Shown here: positions 9,464 to 18,010 of the stretch, piece by piece
How positions within the stretch are numbered: position 1 is the first letter of the stretch
Layout: every line of letters begins with the position of its first letter
Assembly (NCBI GenBank): GCA_963817875.1
Contig: CAWFPQ010000009.1
Location: forward strand, 55,442-119,441
DNA length: 64,000 nt
DNA from: an uncultured Acidimicrobiaceae bacterium
GTDB lineage: Bacteria > Actinomycetota > Acidimicrobiia > Acidimicrobiales > RAAP-2
Direction of reading: 5' to 3'
Notes under the pieces: generated by a model
What the model was told of the DNA's origin: nothing
The model's input: the letters and a program-made list of their open reading frames with translations, nothing else
Databases searched by the model: none
Program-made: the position numbers and the translations under genes

Positions 9464-9931
9464 GTGCCCTCCATCACCGGTCGCATAGAGGTCAACCTCA
9501 CCGTTCGTGACCCGGTGCGCAGTGGGGCATGGTACGAGGAGCTGTTGGGCATGCACAGGTTGTACGAGTTCGTTTCTCCGACCGATGGCATGCACTACGT
9601 CTCACTCGTCGAACCGGAGAGCGAACTGGTGCTCTGCCTCGTCGGACACGCAACCAACCCCGGGGAGCCCTTTCGCGAGGTCGTGACCGGACTCGATCAT
9701 CTCGAGTTCGTCGTCGACCGGAAGGAAGAGCTCTACGAGTGGGCACGCCGGCTCGATGAGCTGGGCATTGCTCACTCCGGTGTCAAGGAGCCGTCCTACA
9801 CCCGCAACGCGATGCTCACGTTTCGAGATCCCGACAACATTCAGCTCGAGTTCTTCTGGCGGTCACCTTCGCGTCAGGAGCGGGGTGTCCCCGGCGCAGC
9901 GGATGGGGGACCGTTCTCGCAGGAAGGATGA
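9464..9931 (+). CDS. VOC (glyoxalase/bleomycin-resistance/dioxygenase) family protein
   Basis: The C-terminal part of track ORF 8876..9931 reads VNLTVRDPVRSGAWYEELLGM...LDHLEFVV...FRDPDNIQLEFF, the typical VOC beta-alpha-beta-beta-beta pattern. An in-frame GTG lies at 9464. Confidence 0.8.
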   Translation: MPSITGRIEVNLTVRDPVRSGAWYEELLGMHRLYEFVSPTDGMHYVSLVEPESELVLCLVGHATNPGEPFREVVTGLDHLEFVVDRKEELYEWARRLDELGIAHSGVKEPSYTRNAMLTFRDPDNIQLEFFWRSPSRQERGVPGAADGGPFSQEG

Positions 9932-9937
9932 CCGTCT

Positions 9938-9959
9938 CAACCCCTTGCATTCGGGGTTG
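9938..9959 (+). terminator. Hairpin after the VOC gene (CAACCCC-ttgcattc-GGGGTTG)
   Basis: 7-bp GC-rich stem starting 7 nt after the stop codon. No T-tract follows. Confidence 0.25.
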
Positions 9960-10307
9960 CAGATCTGAGCCCAGCCGACTCAGGCGTCTTGCCGTAGAAC
10001 ACCCCCTTCCACCGCCCGCCCCGCTCCACCCCCGGGGACCCGTGCGGGTCACCCGATGTGTGACGCAGTGGCGGCGGAGCGTCGGGTCTCCCGCTCCCCG
10101 ATCCGAGGGTCACCGCGCTTCCCGGCTCGGCCGGTGGACGTCCCCCGGACGCCTCTTCCCCAGGACCAGGGCACGGCCGCCTCGCGGACCCGAACCCGGG
10201 ACGGGTTGGCGATTCCCGGACGACCGCAGTGAGGTTGTCGTGCGACCGACCAGGCGGCAGGCGGCGGTGTGCCCACGGCGCGGCGCCTCGGCAAGTAGCC
10301 TCGTGGC

Positions 10308-10949
10308 ATGCCTGACGCACCCTTTCAACCCCGAATTCCCCACGTCGTGGCCGCAGGGCCCGGCGGGGGACTCGACGCGCCCGGGGACATCTTCCAGCGC
10401 CTTCTCAAGGAGCGCATCGTCTTTATCGGGAGCGCAATCGACCAGGTGACGGCCAACCTGGTCTGTGCCCAACTCGTCCTCTTGGAGGCGGAGGACCCCG
10501 ACAAGGACATCTCCCTCTACATCAACTCGCCAGGTGGGTCGGTCACCGACGGTCTGGCCATCTACGACACCATGCAGTACGTCCGTCCCGACGTCTCGAC
10601 CATCTGCGTCGGACTGGCCGCCAGCATGGGGCAGTTCCTGCTGTGCGCCGGTGCCCCGGGCAAGCGCTATGCGCTCCCGCACTCCCGGATCCTGATGCAC
10701 CAGCCGTCGGGCGCCATGCAGGGCCAGGCGGCCGACATCGCCATCCAGGCCGAACAGATCATCTACCTCAAGCGGATGATGGCCGAGCGCATCGCGTTCC
10801 ACACGGGTCAGGAGCTCGAGCGGATCGAGACGGACTCGGACCGTGACCGTTGGTTCACGGCCGAGGAGGCTTGCGAGTACGGCTTCATCGACCGGGTCAT
10901 CGACCGCTCGGTGGCAACGGCAGGGAGTTCGACGGCGGGGAATTCATAG
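10308..10949 (+). CDS. clpP: ATP-dependent Clp protease proteolytic subunit
   Basis: Unambiguous ClpP sequence ([10 protein letters not shown]...[19 protein letters not shown]...[11 protein letters not shown]...RILMHQPSG), with the catalytic Ser in AASMG and the His in MHQP. Confidence 0.95.
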   Translation: MPDAPFQPRIPHVVAAGPGGGLDAPGDIFQRLLKERIVFIGSAIDQVTANLVCAQLVLLEAEDPDKDISLYINSPGGSVTDGLAIYDTMQYVRPDVSTICVGLAASMGQFLLCAGAPGKRYALPHSRILMHQPSGAMQGQAADIAIQAEQIIYLKRMMAERIAFHTGQELERIETDSDRDRWFTAEEACEYGFIDRVIDRSVATAGSSTAGNS

Positions 10950-10951
10950 AC

Positions 10952-11965
10952 GTGGCTCTGGACGTCCCGGCCTCCTCGTCGGACGCAGCGCCGAGACTGG
11001 AGGAGGCCGTCGAACACGAGGTGGCGGACGGCTCGCCGATGGCGGCAGAGGCGGCGGGCGTCGCGCCGCGCCAGGCCCGCAGCGGCCACATCACCCGGGT
11101 CGTCACGCCCACCATCAGCGTGCGCAGGCGACTGCGCGAGATCTGGCTGTCCCGCGAGCTTCTGATCTACCTCGTCCGCACCGAGATCAAGGTCAAGTAC
11201 AAGAACTCCGTGCTCGGGCTGGTCTGGTCGATGGTGGCCCCGGCCATGACGCTGGCCATCTACTTCTTCGTCTTCCAGGTCGTGCTCGGCAACCGGATGC
11301 CGAACTTCGTGATCTACCTCTTCGCCGGACTGCTCCTGTGGAACCTCTTCCAGCTCGGCGTTCTCACCGGCACCGGCGTCGTGGTCAACAACTCCGGGAT
11401 CGTGAAGAAGGTGTCGTTCCCTCGCGAGATCCTGGCCCTGGCCGCGGTCGGATCCGCGTGTGTCTTCTTCTTCTTCCAATGCCTGGTGATGGTCGTCTTC
11501 ATGGTCGTATTGCGCGCGCCCCCCGACCTGGCCTACTTCCCACTGCTGGTGCTGGCGCTGATCACCGGTGTGATCCTCGCGTCGGCTCTGGCCATCCTGC
11601 TGTCCTCCGTCAACGTGTACCTGCGCGACACCCAGCACCTCATCGAGGTCGTGCTCACGGCGTGGTTCTGGGCCTGTCCGATCGTCTACTCGTACCAGAC
11701 CATCGAGACGAAGCTCGGACCGCGGGGCCTCACCTGGATCTACCTGCTCAACCCCATGACGCCGCTCGTACTGTGCTTCCAGCGTTGCCTCTACGCCAAG
11801 CCGATCGTGCTCATCAGTGGCGTGCCGACTCCGGTCCTCCCGCTCCACGGCTACCTCTGGTACGCCGTCCTGGCGATCGGGGTCCTCATCGGGTCCCTCG
11901 TCCTGTTCATCGTCGCGCTGGCAGTGTTCGGCCGGCTCGAGGGCAACTTCGCCGAGGAGCTCTGA
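10952..11965 (+). CDS. ABC-2 type polysaccharide/teichoic-acid export permease (Wzm/TagG-like)
   Basis: LIYLVRTEIKVKYKNSVLGLVWSMVAP is the ABC-2 permease signature, and six hydrophobic segments follow. An in-frame GTG at 10952 lies 2 nt after the clpP stop. The upstream part of the track ORF overlaps clpP. Confidence 0.85.
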   Translation: MALDVPASSSDAAPRLEEAVEHEVADGSPMAAEAAGVAPRQARSGHITRVVTPTISVRRRLREIWLSRELLIYLVRTEIKVKYKNSVLGLVWSMVAPAMTLAIYFFVFQVVLGNRMPNFVIYLFAGLLLWNLFQLGVLTGTGVVVNNSGIVKKVSFPREILALAAVGSACVFFFFQCLVMVVFMVVLRAPPDLAYFPLLVLALITGVILASALAILLSSVNVYLRDTQHLIEVVLTAWFWACPIVYSYQTIETKLGPRGLTWIYLLNPMTPLVLCFQRCLYAKPIVLISGVPTPVLPLHGYLWYAVLAIGVLIGSLVLFIVALAVFGRLEGNFAEEL

Positions 11966-11966
11966 C

Positions 11967-13304
11967 GTGTCCGACTTCGCCGTCGACATCCGGGACGTCT
12001 CGAAGCGGTTCCGACTGGCGCACGGGCGTCCCAACACCATCAAGGAGCGCATCATCCACGGCGGCAAGCGGCAGGCCACCGAGGATTTCTGGGCCCTGAA
12101 CCACGTGTCCCTGCGGGTCGGGGAGGGCGAGACCGTCGGCATCCTGGGCCGCAACGGCTCGGGCAAGTCGACCCTGCTCAAGTGCATCTGTGGCGTGTTG
12201 CAGCCCACTTCGGGCGAGGTCGCGGTGCGCGGGAAGCTCGCCGGCCTCCTGGAGCTCGGCGCCGGATTCCAGCAGGACCTGACGGGCCGGGAGAACGTCT
12301 ACCTGAACGGCTCGCTCCTCGGCATGACCAAGCGCGAGGTCGACCGGGTCTTCGACGCCATCGTGGATTTCTCCGAGCTCGAGGAGTTCATCGACGGTCC
12401 GGTGAAGTTCTACTCGTCGGGCATGTACGTACGACTGGGCTTCGCCGTGGCCGTGAACATGGACCCCGACATCTTGGTGGTCGACGAGGTGCTGGCCGTG
12501 GGCGACGAGCGGTTCCAGCGCAAGTGCATCGACCGGGTGATGAAGTTCCAACGCGAAGGTCGGACCATCTTGCTGGTGACGCACTCGGCCGATGTGGTGC
12601 GGAGCATCTGCAATCGCGGGATCGTCTTGAGCCACGGACGGCTCGTCGGCGAGGGGGAGCCGGGCGAGGCGACGCGGATCTTTCGCGAGGGCCTGCTGGC
12701 CGAGGGCGCGGGGATGTCGATCGTCTCCGCCACCGACACGGTCGCCGTCCCGGCGACGCCCGGTTTCGCCGCCGAGGGTACGACGCCGACCTCGGACGAA
12801 GAGCGACCCGTGCGTTTCACCTTGGTCCATCAGGCCTTTTCGGGCGACAACAGCCTCCCCTACCTGCGCACCGGGGACGCCTTGACGATCGCGGTCGGGT
12901 TCGCCGCGTCCGTGCCGACCGAGGACGTCGTCTTCTCGCTCGAGGTCCGCGATGGCCAGGGCAACATCTTGATGCGCACGGACACGTCGATCATCGGGAC
13001 ACGGCTCGACCTGCCCAAGGGCGTGGGGACGATGCACTTCGGCATCGAGAAGATGCCGTTGCTCGACGGCAACTTCACGTACGCTCTCGGCATCCAGAGC
13101 AGGAGTGGCGTGCTCTACGACTGGCTCGAGCAGGCGGGAGGGTTCGAGGTGATGAACCCGGGGAAGACGACGGGCGTCATCCACATGGTGGTCCACGCCG
13201 CGCTGATCGACACCGTGCCCATGGACGAGCCCACTGCCGCGCCGAAGGTCGAATTCGACACAGGGATGTCGGATCCGGACGCCGCGGTGGCGCGCATATT
13301 TTGA
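11967..13304 (+). CDS. Polysaccharide export ABC transporter ATP-binding protein with C-terminal Wzt_C-like glycan-binding domain
   Basis: GTG at 11967, 1 nt after the permease stop. Walker A (GRNGSGKST), signature (YSSGMYVRL) and Walker B (ILVVDE) are present. A beta-rich extension of about 190 aa follows (VRFTLVH...LRTGDALTIAVGF...FSLEVRDGQGNILMRTDT...GNFTYALGI...FEV). Confidence 0.9.
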   Translation: MSDFAVDIRDVSKRFRLAHGRPNTIKERIIHGGKRQATEDFWALNHVSLRVGEGETVGILGRNGSGKSTLLKCICGVLQPTSGEVAVRGKLAGLLELGAGFQQDLTGRENVYLNGSLLGMTKREVDRVFDAIVDFSELEEFIDGPVKFYSSGMYVRLGFAVAVNMDPDILVVDEVLAVGDERFQRKCIDRVMKFQREGRTILLVTHSADVVRSICNRGIVLSHGRLVGEGEPGEATRIFREGLLAEGAGMSIVSATDTVAVPATPGFAAEGTTPTSDEERPVRFTLVHQAFSGDNSLPYLRTGDALTIAVGFAASVPTEDVVFSLEVRDGQGNILMRTDTSIIGTRLDLPKGVGTMHFGIEKMPLLDGNFTYALGIQSRSGVLYDWLEQAGGFEVMNPGKTTGVIHMVVHAALIDTVPMDEPTAAPKVEFDTGMSDPDAAVARIF

Positions 13305-13317
13305 CCGCAGGATCACG

Positions 13318-14307
13318 GTGACGGTCGACGACCCCCAGGCATACGTCCAGCAGGTGATGGCCGAGATCGCGGAGGAGGTCCGGCTGCGCCGGGCGACGGG
13401 CGACCTGCCGCCGAAGCTCGAGCGCGAGCTGGACGAGCTGTTCCTGGCGCATTCGCCTGTGGCCGGCCGTGGCGGCGACCTGGGCGAGGCGTTGCGGATG
13501 GTCGACGCGGTGACCTTCATCGACCCGGTCGTACCGGTGGAGTCGAATCGGGCCGCCGGCGCCTTCGTGAAGAAGGGCATGCGCTCGGCACTGCTCTGGT
13601 ACGTCGGGTGGGTCACCCATCAGATGAGCCAGTCGGCCTCCGCTATGAGCAGAGCGCTGCACATCGTGGACGGGCGGCTCAAGGACCTCGAGCGCACGTT
13701 GGAGGCGCAGCAGGTGCCCGTCGCCCGGGTGGTGGAGTTCCCCGCCCGCTCCGACGAGGGGGCGTGGTGGGTCGATGCGGCGGTCCACGCGGTGGCCAAG
13801 GCGCCGGGCCGGGTTCTTCACGTCGCCTGCGGCGACGGCTGGTTGGTGCGGCGGATCCTGGCCGCCGGGGGGGACGCGTACGGGGTGGATCCACGCCGGG
13901 CGGTCGTGGAGGGTGCCGCGTTGGGGGCACTGGACCTGCGCGACGAGAACGTGACGGACCACCTTCGGGCCGTGGCGCCGGCCGGCCTGGGCGGCCTTAT
14001 CCTGAGCGGCCTCGTGGAGGGCATGGCGGGCGGGGAGCGTGCCCAGCTGCTCGGCCTGGTCGGCACCCGACTCGCCCCGGGTGGCATCCTCCTCGTCCAC
14101 TGCGTCGGGCGTGAGGCCTTCGAGGCTCCCGACGCGCCCCCGGAGGCTGATCTGGCGCCTGGGAGGCCCTTGCGGCCCGAGACCTGGTGCCACCTGCTGG
14201 AGGAGGACGGGTACCGGGCCGAGGTCCGCCGCGGTCCTGACGATGTCGACTACCTCGTCACCGCCGAGCGCGCCGTGCTGAATCCCTTTCCTCCCGACGA
14301 GCAATGA
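13318..14307 (+). CDS. Methyltransferase-fold protein with long helical N-terminal region
   Basis: The N-terminal ~150 aa are helical (EIAEEVRLRR..., DGRLKDLERTLEAQQ). Class I methyltransferase motifs follow: VLHVACGDGWLV, GGLILSGLVEGM, LAPGGILLV. Confidence 0.75.
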   Translation: MTVDDPQAYVQQVMAEIAEEVRLRRATGDLPPKLERELDELFLAHSPVAGRGGDLGEALRMVDAVTFIDPVVPVESNRAAGAFVKKGMRSALLWYVGWVTHQMSQSASAMSRALHIVDGRLKDLERTLEAQQVPVARVVEFPARSDEGAWWVDAAVHAVAKAPGRVLHVACGDGWLVRRILAAGGDAYGVDPRRAVVEGAALGALDLRDENVTDHLRAVAPAGLGGLILSGLVEGMAGGERAQLLGLVGTRLAPGGILLVHCVGREAFEAPDAPPEADLAPGRPLRPETWCHLLEEDGYRAEVRRGPDDVDYLVTAERAVLNPFPPDEQ

Positions 14308-15414
14308 GCGCCGCCGCCGGGGCACCGGTGGCCGTGCACCAATTCGTCCCCACCCTCAATCCGCACGATGCCACCGGGACGCACACCTTGTTGATGCGCG
14401 ACATCCTGCGCGCGGCCGGGTGGCGCTCCGAGATCTTCGCCGAGGCCATCCACGACGACCTCGCCTCGGAGGCGTACAAGCACTGGATGTACCCCGAACA
14501 CGCAGCCGAAGGCGACGTCGCGATCTATCAGTTCTCCACCGCGTCGGCCGTCGCCGGGTACCTGGCCGAGCGGCCGCTCCCGCTCATCATCGACTACCAC
14601 AACTTCACCGGCTCCGAGCATTTCGCCGGTTGGGAGCCGCACACAGAGGCACGTGCGGCGAGGTCGGCCGAGGAGCTCGAGCAGCTCGCACCACGGGCCG
14701 CACTCGGTCTGGCGGACAGCTCGTTCAACGAGCGTCGGACTCCGTCGGGCCGGTTGTCGCCGCACGGCGGTCGTGCCGGTGCTGGCCGACTACGGGCGGG
14801 TGGCAGCCGATCCCGACCCCCGGGTGGCGGGCGAGCTCCGAGAAGCCAGGTCGAGCGGTGGCGCCGATCTGCTTTTCGTCGGCCGCGTCGTACCGTCGAA
14901 GGCCCAGCACGAGTTGGTCAAGGCACTGTGGGCCTACCGGCGTCTGTACGACGAGCGGGCACGTCTGCACATCGTCGGCGGTACGACGAGCTTCGAGTAC
15001 CTCGAGGCGGTCCGCGGCCTCGCCGAGGATCTGGGCCTGACCGGCGCGGTCCGGATCACGGGCGAGGTGTCGGACGCCTCGCTGGCCGCGCACTACGGGG
15101 TGGCCGACGTCTACCTCTCCCTCTCGGTGCACGAGGGATTCGGTGTCCCGCTCCTGGAGGCGATGGCGGCCGGTGTTCCCGTCGTGGCCCGGGGTGTCGG
15201 CGCCATACGCGAGACGGCGGGAACGGCCGCACTGCTCCTCAATTCGGGGGACCCGTCCTACGTCGCTGCGGTGCTCCACCGGGCCTGCACGGACGAATCG
15301 CTCCGCTCCGTGCTTGTCGCGGCCGGCCGGGCGCGGCTGGCGGAGCTGACGGGGGACCACGTGGCCGAACGCGTGGTCGCCGCCGTGTCCCAGGTGGCGG
15401 GCTCACCGCGGTGA
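14304..15414 (+). pseudogene. GT4 glycosyltransferase, interrupted by one +1 frameshift near 14733-14737
   Basis: The N-terminal half is in the frame of track ORF 14304.. (HQFVPTLNPHDATGTHTLLMRD...LADSSFNER). The C-terminal half is in the frame of ORF 14653..15414 (GLRRAGCRRTAVVPVLADY...FVGRVVPSKAQH...SVHEGFGVPLLEAMAAGVPVV). Three intact or repairable paralogues in this window show the junction should read DSxFNExxLxxxGxxxTAVVP. Confidence 0.75.
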
Positions 15415-16610
15415 GGATCGACTTCGTCACTCCCCGCTACGGGCCGCAGGTCGTGGGCGGCGCGGAGAGCGCGGCGCGCCAGCTGGCCGAGCACCTGCGC
15501 CTCCACACGGATTGGGAGTCCGAGGTCCATACGACCTGCGCGCTCGACCCCCACACCTGGCGGGACGAGCTGGCGCCCGGCGACTCCCTCGTCAACGGCG
15601 TCCCGGTCCACCGCCACTCCTCGGACCACGGCCGCCTTCCCGACTTCTACGGGCTGGACGGCCGCGTGCGCCTGGCCCCGCGCCTGGCCACGAGGGATCA
15701 GGGCCGGCGTTGGGTGGAGTACAACGGCCCGGTCTCGTGGGATCTGGTCGACGCGGTGCGGGCCTCCGATGCCGACGTCGTGGCGTTCTACCCGTACCTC
15801 TACCACCCGACCGTGGCCGCGATCGGGAAGGTCGGTGTGCCGGCCGTGCTCCACCCGGCGGCGCACGACGAGCCGGCCCTGTACCTCCCGGTCTTCCGGG
15901 GCACCTTCGGGGACGCCGACGCGATCTGCTACCACACCGTGTCCGAGCGCCGCCTGGTCGAGCGGACCTACCCGGTGGCCGAGCGCCCTCAGATCGTCCT
16001 CGGACTCGGGATCGGGGAATCGGCGGGGCGGGGCCGCCGGGGGGGCGAGTTGATCGGCCTGGGGGATCGTCCCTACCTGGTGAGTGTCGGCCGGGTGGAC
16101 GAGCACAAGGGTTCCAAGATGCTGGCGGAGTACTTCGCCACCTACAAGGAGCGGCGGCCCGGACCCCTCGCGCTGGCGCTCGTCGGCCCGGTGGCGGTCG
16201 AGCTCGAGCCCCACCCGGACATCGTCGTCACGGGCGCCGTCGACGAGCCGGACAGATGGGACATCGTGCGCGACGCGCTCGTGGCGGTGTCTCCCTCGGC
16301 GCTCGAGTCGTTCTCGCTCGTCGTGATCGAAGCCTGGGTCGACCGCGTCCCCGTCGTGGTGAACGGTACCTGCGGGCCCACGCGTGAGCACTGCGAACAG
16401 TCGGGTGGAGGGCTGTGGTTCACGTCGTATCCCGAGTTCGAAGCGGTTCTCGACCGCCTGCTGGCCGACGGCGACCTCCGCGTGGCGCTGGGCGAACGGG
16501 GCCGGGCCTACGTCGAGACGCACTTCGAATGGCCGGTGCTCATCTCCCGCTATGCCGAGTTCCTCGAGTCGGTCGTGGCCCACGGTCGCGGGAGCCCGGG
16601 ACTGCTCTGA
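15411..16610 (+). CDS. GT4 family glycosyltransferase
   Basis: GTG at 15411 overlaps the preceding TGA (GTGA). The sequence has RIDFVTPRYGPQVVGGAESAARQLAEHL and SLVVIEAWVDRVPVVVN (an EX7E-like region). The track shows it fused to the upstream gene only through a non-coding frame. Confidence 0.85.
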   Translation: MRIDFVTPRYGPQVVGGAESAARQLAEHLRLHTDWESEVHTTCALDPHTWRDELAPGDSLVNGVPVHRHSSDHGRLPDFYGLDGRVRLAPRLATRDQGRRWVEYNGPVSWDLVDAVRASDADVVAFYPYLYHPTVAAIGKVGVPAVLHPAAHDEPALYLPVFRGTFGDADAICYHTVSERRLVERTYPVAERPQIVLGLGIGESAGRGRRGGELIGLGDRPYLVSVGRVDEHKGSKMLAEYFATYKERRPGPLALALVGPVAVELEPHPDIVVTGAVDEPDRWDIVRDALVAVSPSALESFSLVVIEAWVDRVPVVVNGTCGPTREHCEQSGGGLWFTSYPEFEAVLDRLLADGDLRVALGERGRAYVETHFEWPVLISRYAEFLESVVAHGRGSPGLL

Positions 16611-16659
16611 GGCCGAGGCACCGTTGACACACATCCGAGCAGCAAAGCCGGCAGAGGTC

Positions 16660-18003
16660 ATGGCGAAGCCGACCCGGGGCCGTCCGGATCCGGCAACGGA
16701 CGGCGCCGATGTGGCTCCCGACGACGACCGGATTTCGGTCTCCGCGCGGCGCCTGTGGTCCGGCATCAGGATCCCGTTCTGGATCTCCTCGTCGCGCCTC
16801 GTCGTGGGGCTGGTCTTTGCGCACCTGGTGATCACCCTGTTCCCGCAGGCCCGGCAGCACCTCGTCGGCGGGACGCTGAACACCGGCACCTGGTTCGGGG
16901 CCTTCGACCGTTGGGACAGCGCCTTCTACACGGGCATCGCCGCCCATGGTTACCCGGCATCGCAGGACGCGACCACCGCATTCTTCCCCGGTTATCCCAT
17001 TCTGATCCGTCTGGTCCACGGCGTGACTCTCGGTACCTTGTCGTACGTCGACGCCGGCATGGTCGTCTCGTGGCTGGCGCTGATCGGGGCGACGATCCTG
17101 CTCTACCGCTTGGTCGTCCGGCACGTCGACGAGCGCTCCGCCGCCGCTGCTTCCGTGCTGCTGTGCTGGTTTCCCTCCTCGCTGTTCTTCCTGGCCCCGT
17201 ATTCGGAGGCCCTCCTCCTGGTCGAGATCCTCGCGGTCGTCACGCTGCTCGATCAGCGCCGGTTCCTGTGGGCGTCGCTGGTGGCGGGCTACGCGTCGGC
17301 CACCTCGCCCGAGGCGGTCACCCTCGTCGTCGCCATCGTCGTCGCCGCTGCGCTCTGCCACAAGCACGTCGTCCGGATCGCCGGGTACGTCGCGGTCAGC
17401 GTCAGCGGGCTCTTCGTGTACGCGCTGTTCCTGCAGGCGCGATTCGGGTCCTTGGTCGAGTTCGAGCACGTGCAGGGGTCATGGCACCGTTCGGAGAACG
17501 CACCCTTCTACGGGCTGTATCGCAATTTCGTCGCGCTCTCGCAGTACTTCAAGGGCCCGGGACCCGCGCCCGGAAGCCCGATCCCGACGTTCGCCAACAT
17601 CAAGTACGTCTGGCTGTTGGACGACGTGGCGATGATCGTGGCGGCGCTGCTCACCGTCTACGTGGTCGCCGTCGCCGCGCGCCCCCTGATCGCCGCGGTG
17701 ATACGCCGCCGCGGGTGGCCGATCCTCTCGGCTCAGCCTTTCTCGGTGCCGTCGTCCTTCGTGGTCGTGGCCGTCGGCATTGTGCTCATCGCCGCCTGTA
17801 CGACCATCTACCCGTACGGGAACACACCCTTCTACTCGACCGAGGGCGCGGCCCGATTCGTGAGCACCTGCTTCCCCATGTACGTGGCCGGCGGGTACCT
17901 CGTCACGAAGCGCCTGGGCCTGCTGGCGTGGGTGGTCGCAGCGAGCGTGGTGCTCGCGATCCTCTTCCAGGCCCTGTACAACCTGGGCTACTGGGTGACC
18001 TGA
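16660..18003 (+). CDS. Polytopic membrane glycosyltransferase, PIG-V-like mannosyltransferase family
   Basis: From the ATG at 16660 (MAKPTRG...). The motif FDRWDSAFYTGIAAHGYP...TAFFPGYPILIRL matches the conserved WD..Y..IA..GY...AFFP.YP loop of the PIG-V/Mannosyl_trans2 family. There are more than 8 hydrophobic segments. Confidence 0.65.
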   Translation: MAKPTRGRPDPATDGADVAPDDDRISVSARRLWSGIRIPFWISSSRLVVGLVFAHLVITLFPQARQHLVGGTLNTGTWFGAFDRWDSAFYTGIAAHGYPASQDATTAFFPGYPILIRLVHGVTLGTLSYVDAGMVVSWLALIGATILLYRLVVRHVDERSAAAASVLLCWFPSSLFFLAPYSEALLLVEILAVVTLLDQRRFLWASLVAGYASATSPEAVTLVVAIVVAAALCHKHVVRIAGYVAVSVSGLFVYALFLQARFGSLVEFEHVQGSWHRSENAPFYGLYRNFVALSQYFKGPGPAPGSPIPTFANIKYVWLLDDVAMIVAALLTVYVVAVAARPLIAAVIRRRGWPILSAQPFSVPSSFVVVAVGIVLIAACTTIYPYGNTPFYSTEGAARFVSTCFPMYVAGGYLVTKRLGLLAWVVAASVVLAILFQALYNLGYWVT

Positions 18004-18010
18004 CCCCGGG

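Noticed and set aside
9937-10320. ORFs in the 375-nt gap upstream of clpP (9937..10320, 10049..10309 minus; 9928..10449 plus)
   Set aside because: They are Arg/Pro/Gly-rich, overlap one another in several frames and have no motifs. The region is treated as non-coding.
10808-13616. Long minus-strand ORFs 10808..12208 (466 aa) and 11907..13616 (569 aa)
   Set aside because: They are antisense to the Wzm/Wzt genes. They are Asp/Arg/His-rich with no recognisable domain.
14304-16610. 768-aa single protein suggested by the ORF track
   Set aside because: The central third is Arg/Gly/Pro-rich off-frame translation. It actually comprises a frameshifted GT4 gene plus a second GT4 gene starting at GTG 15411.
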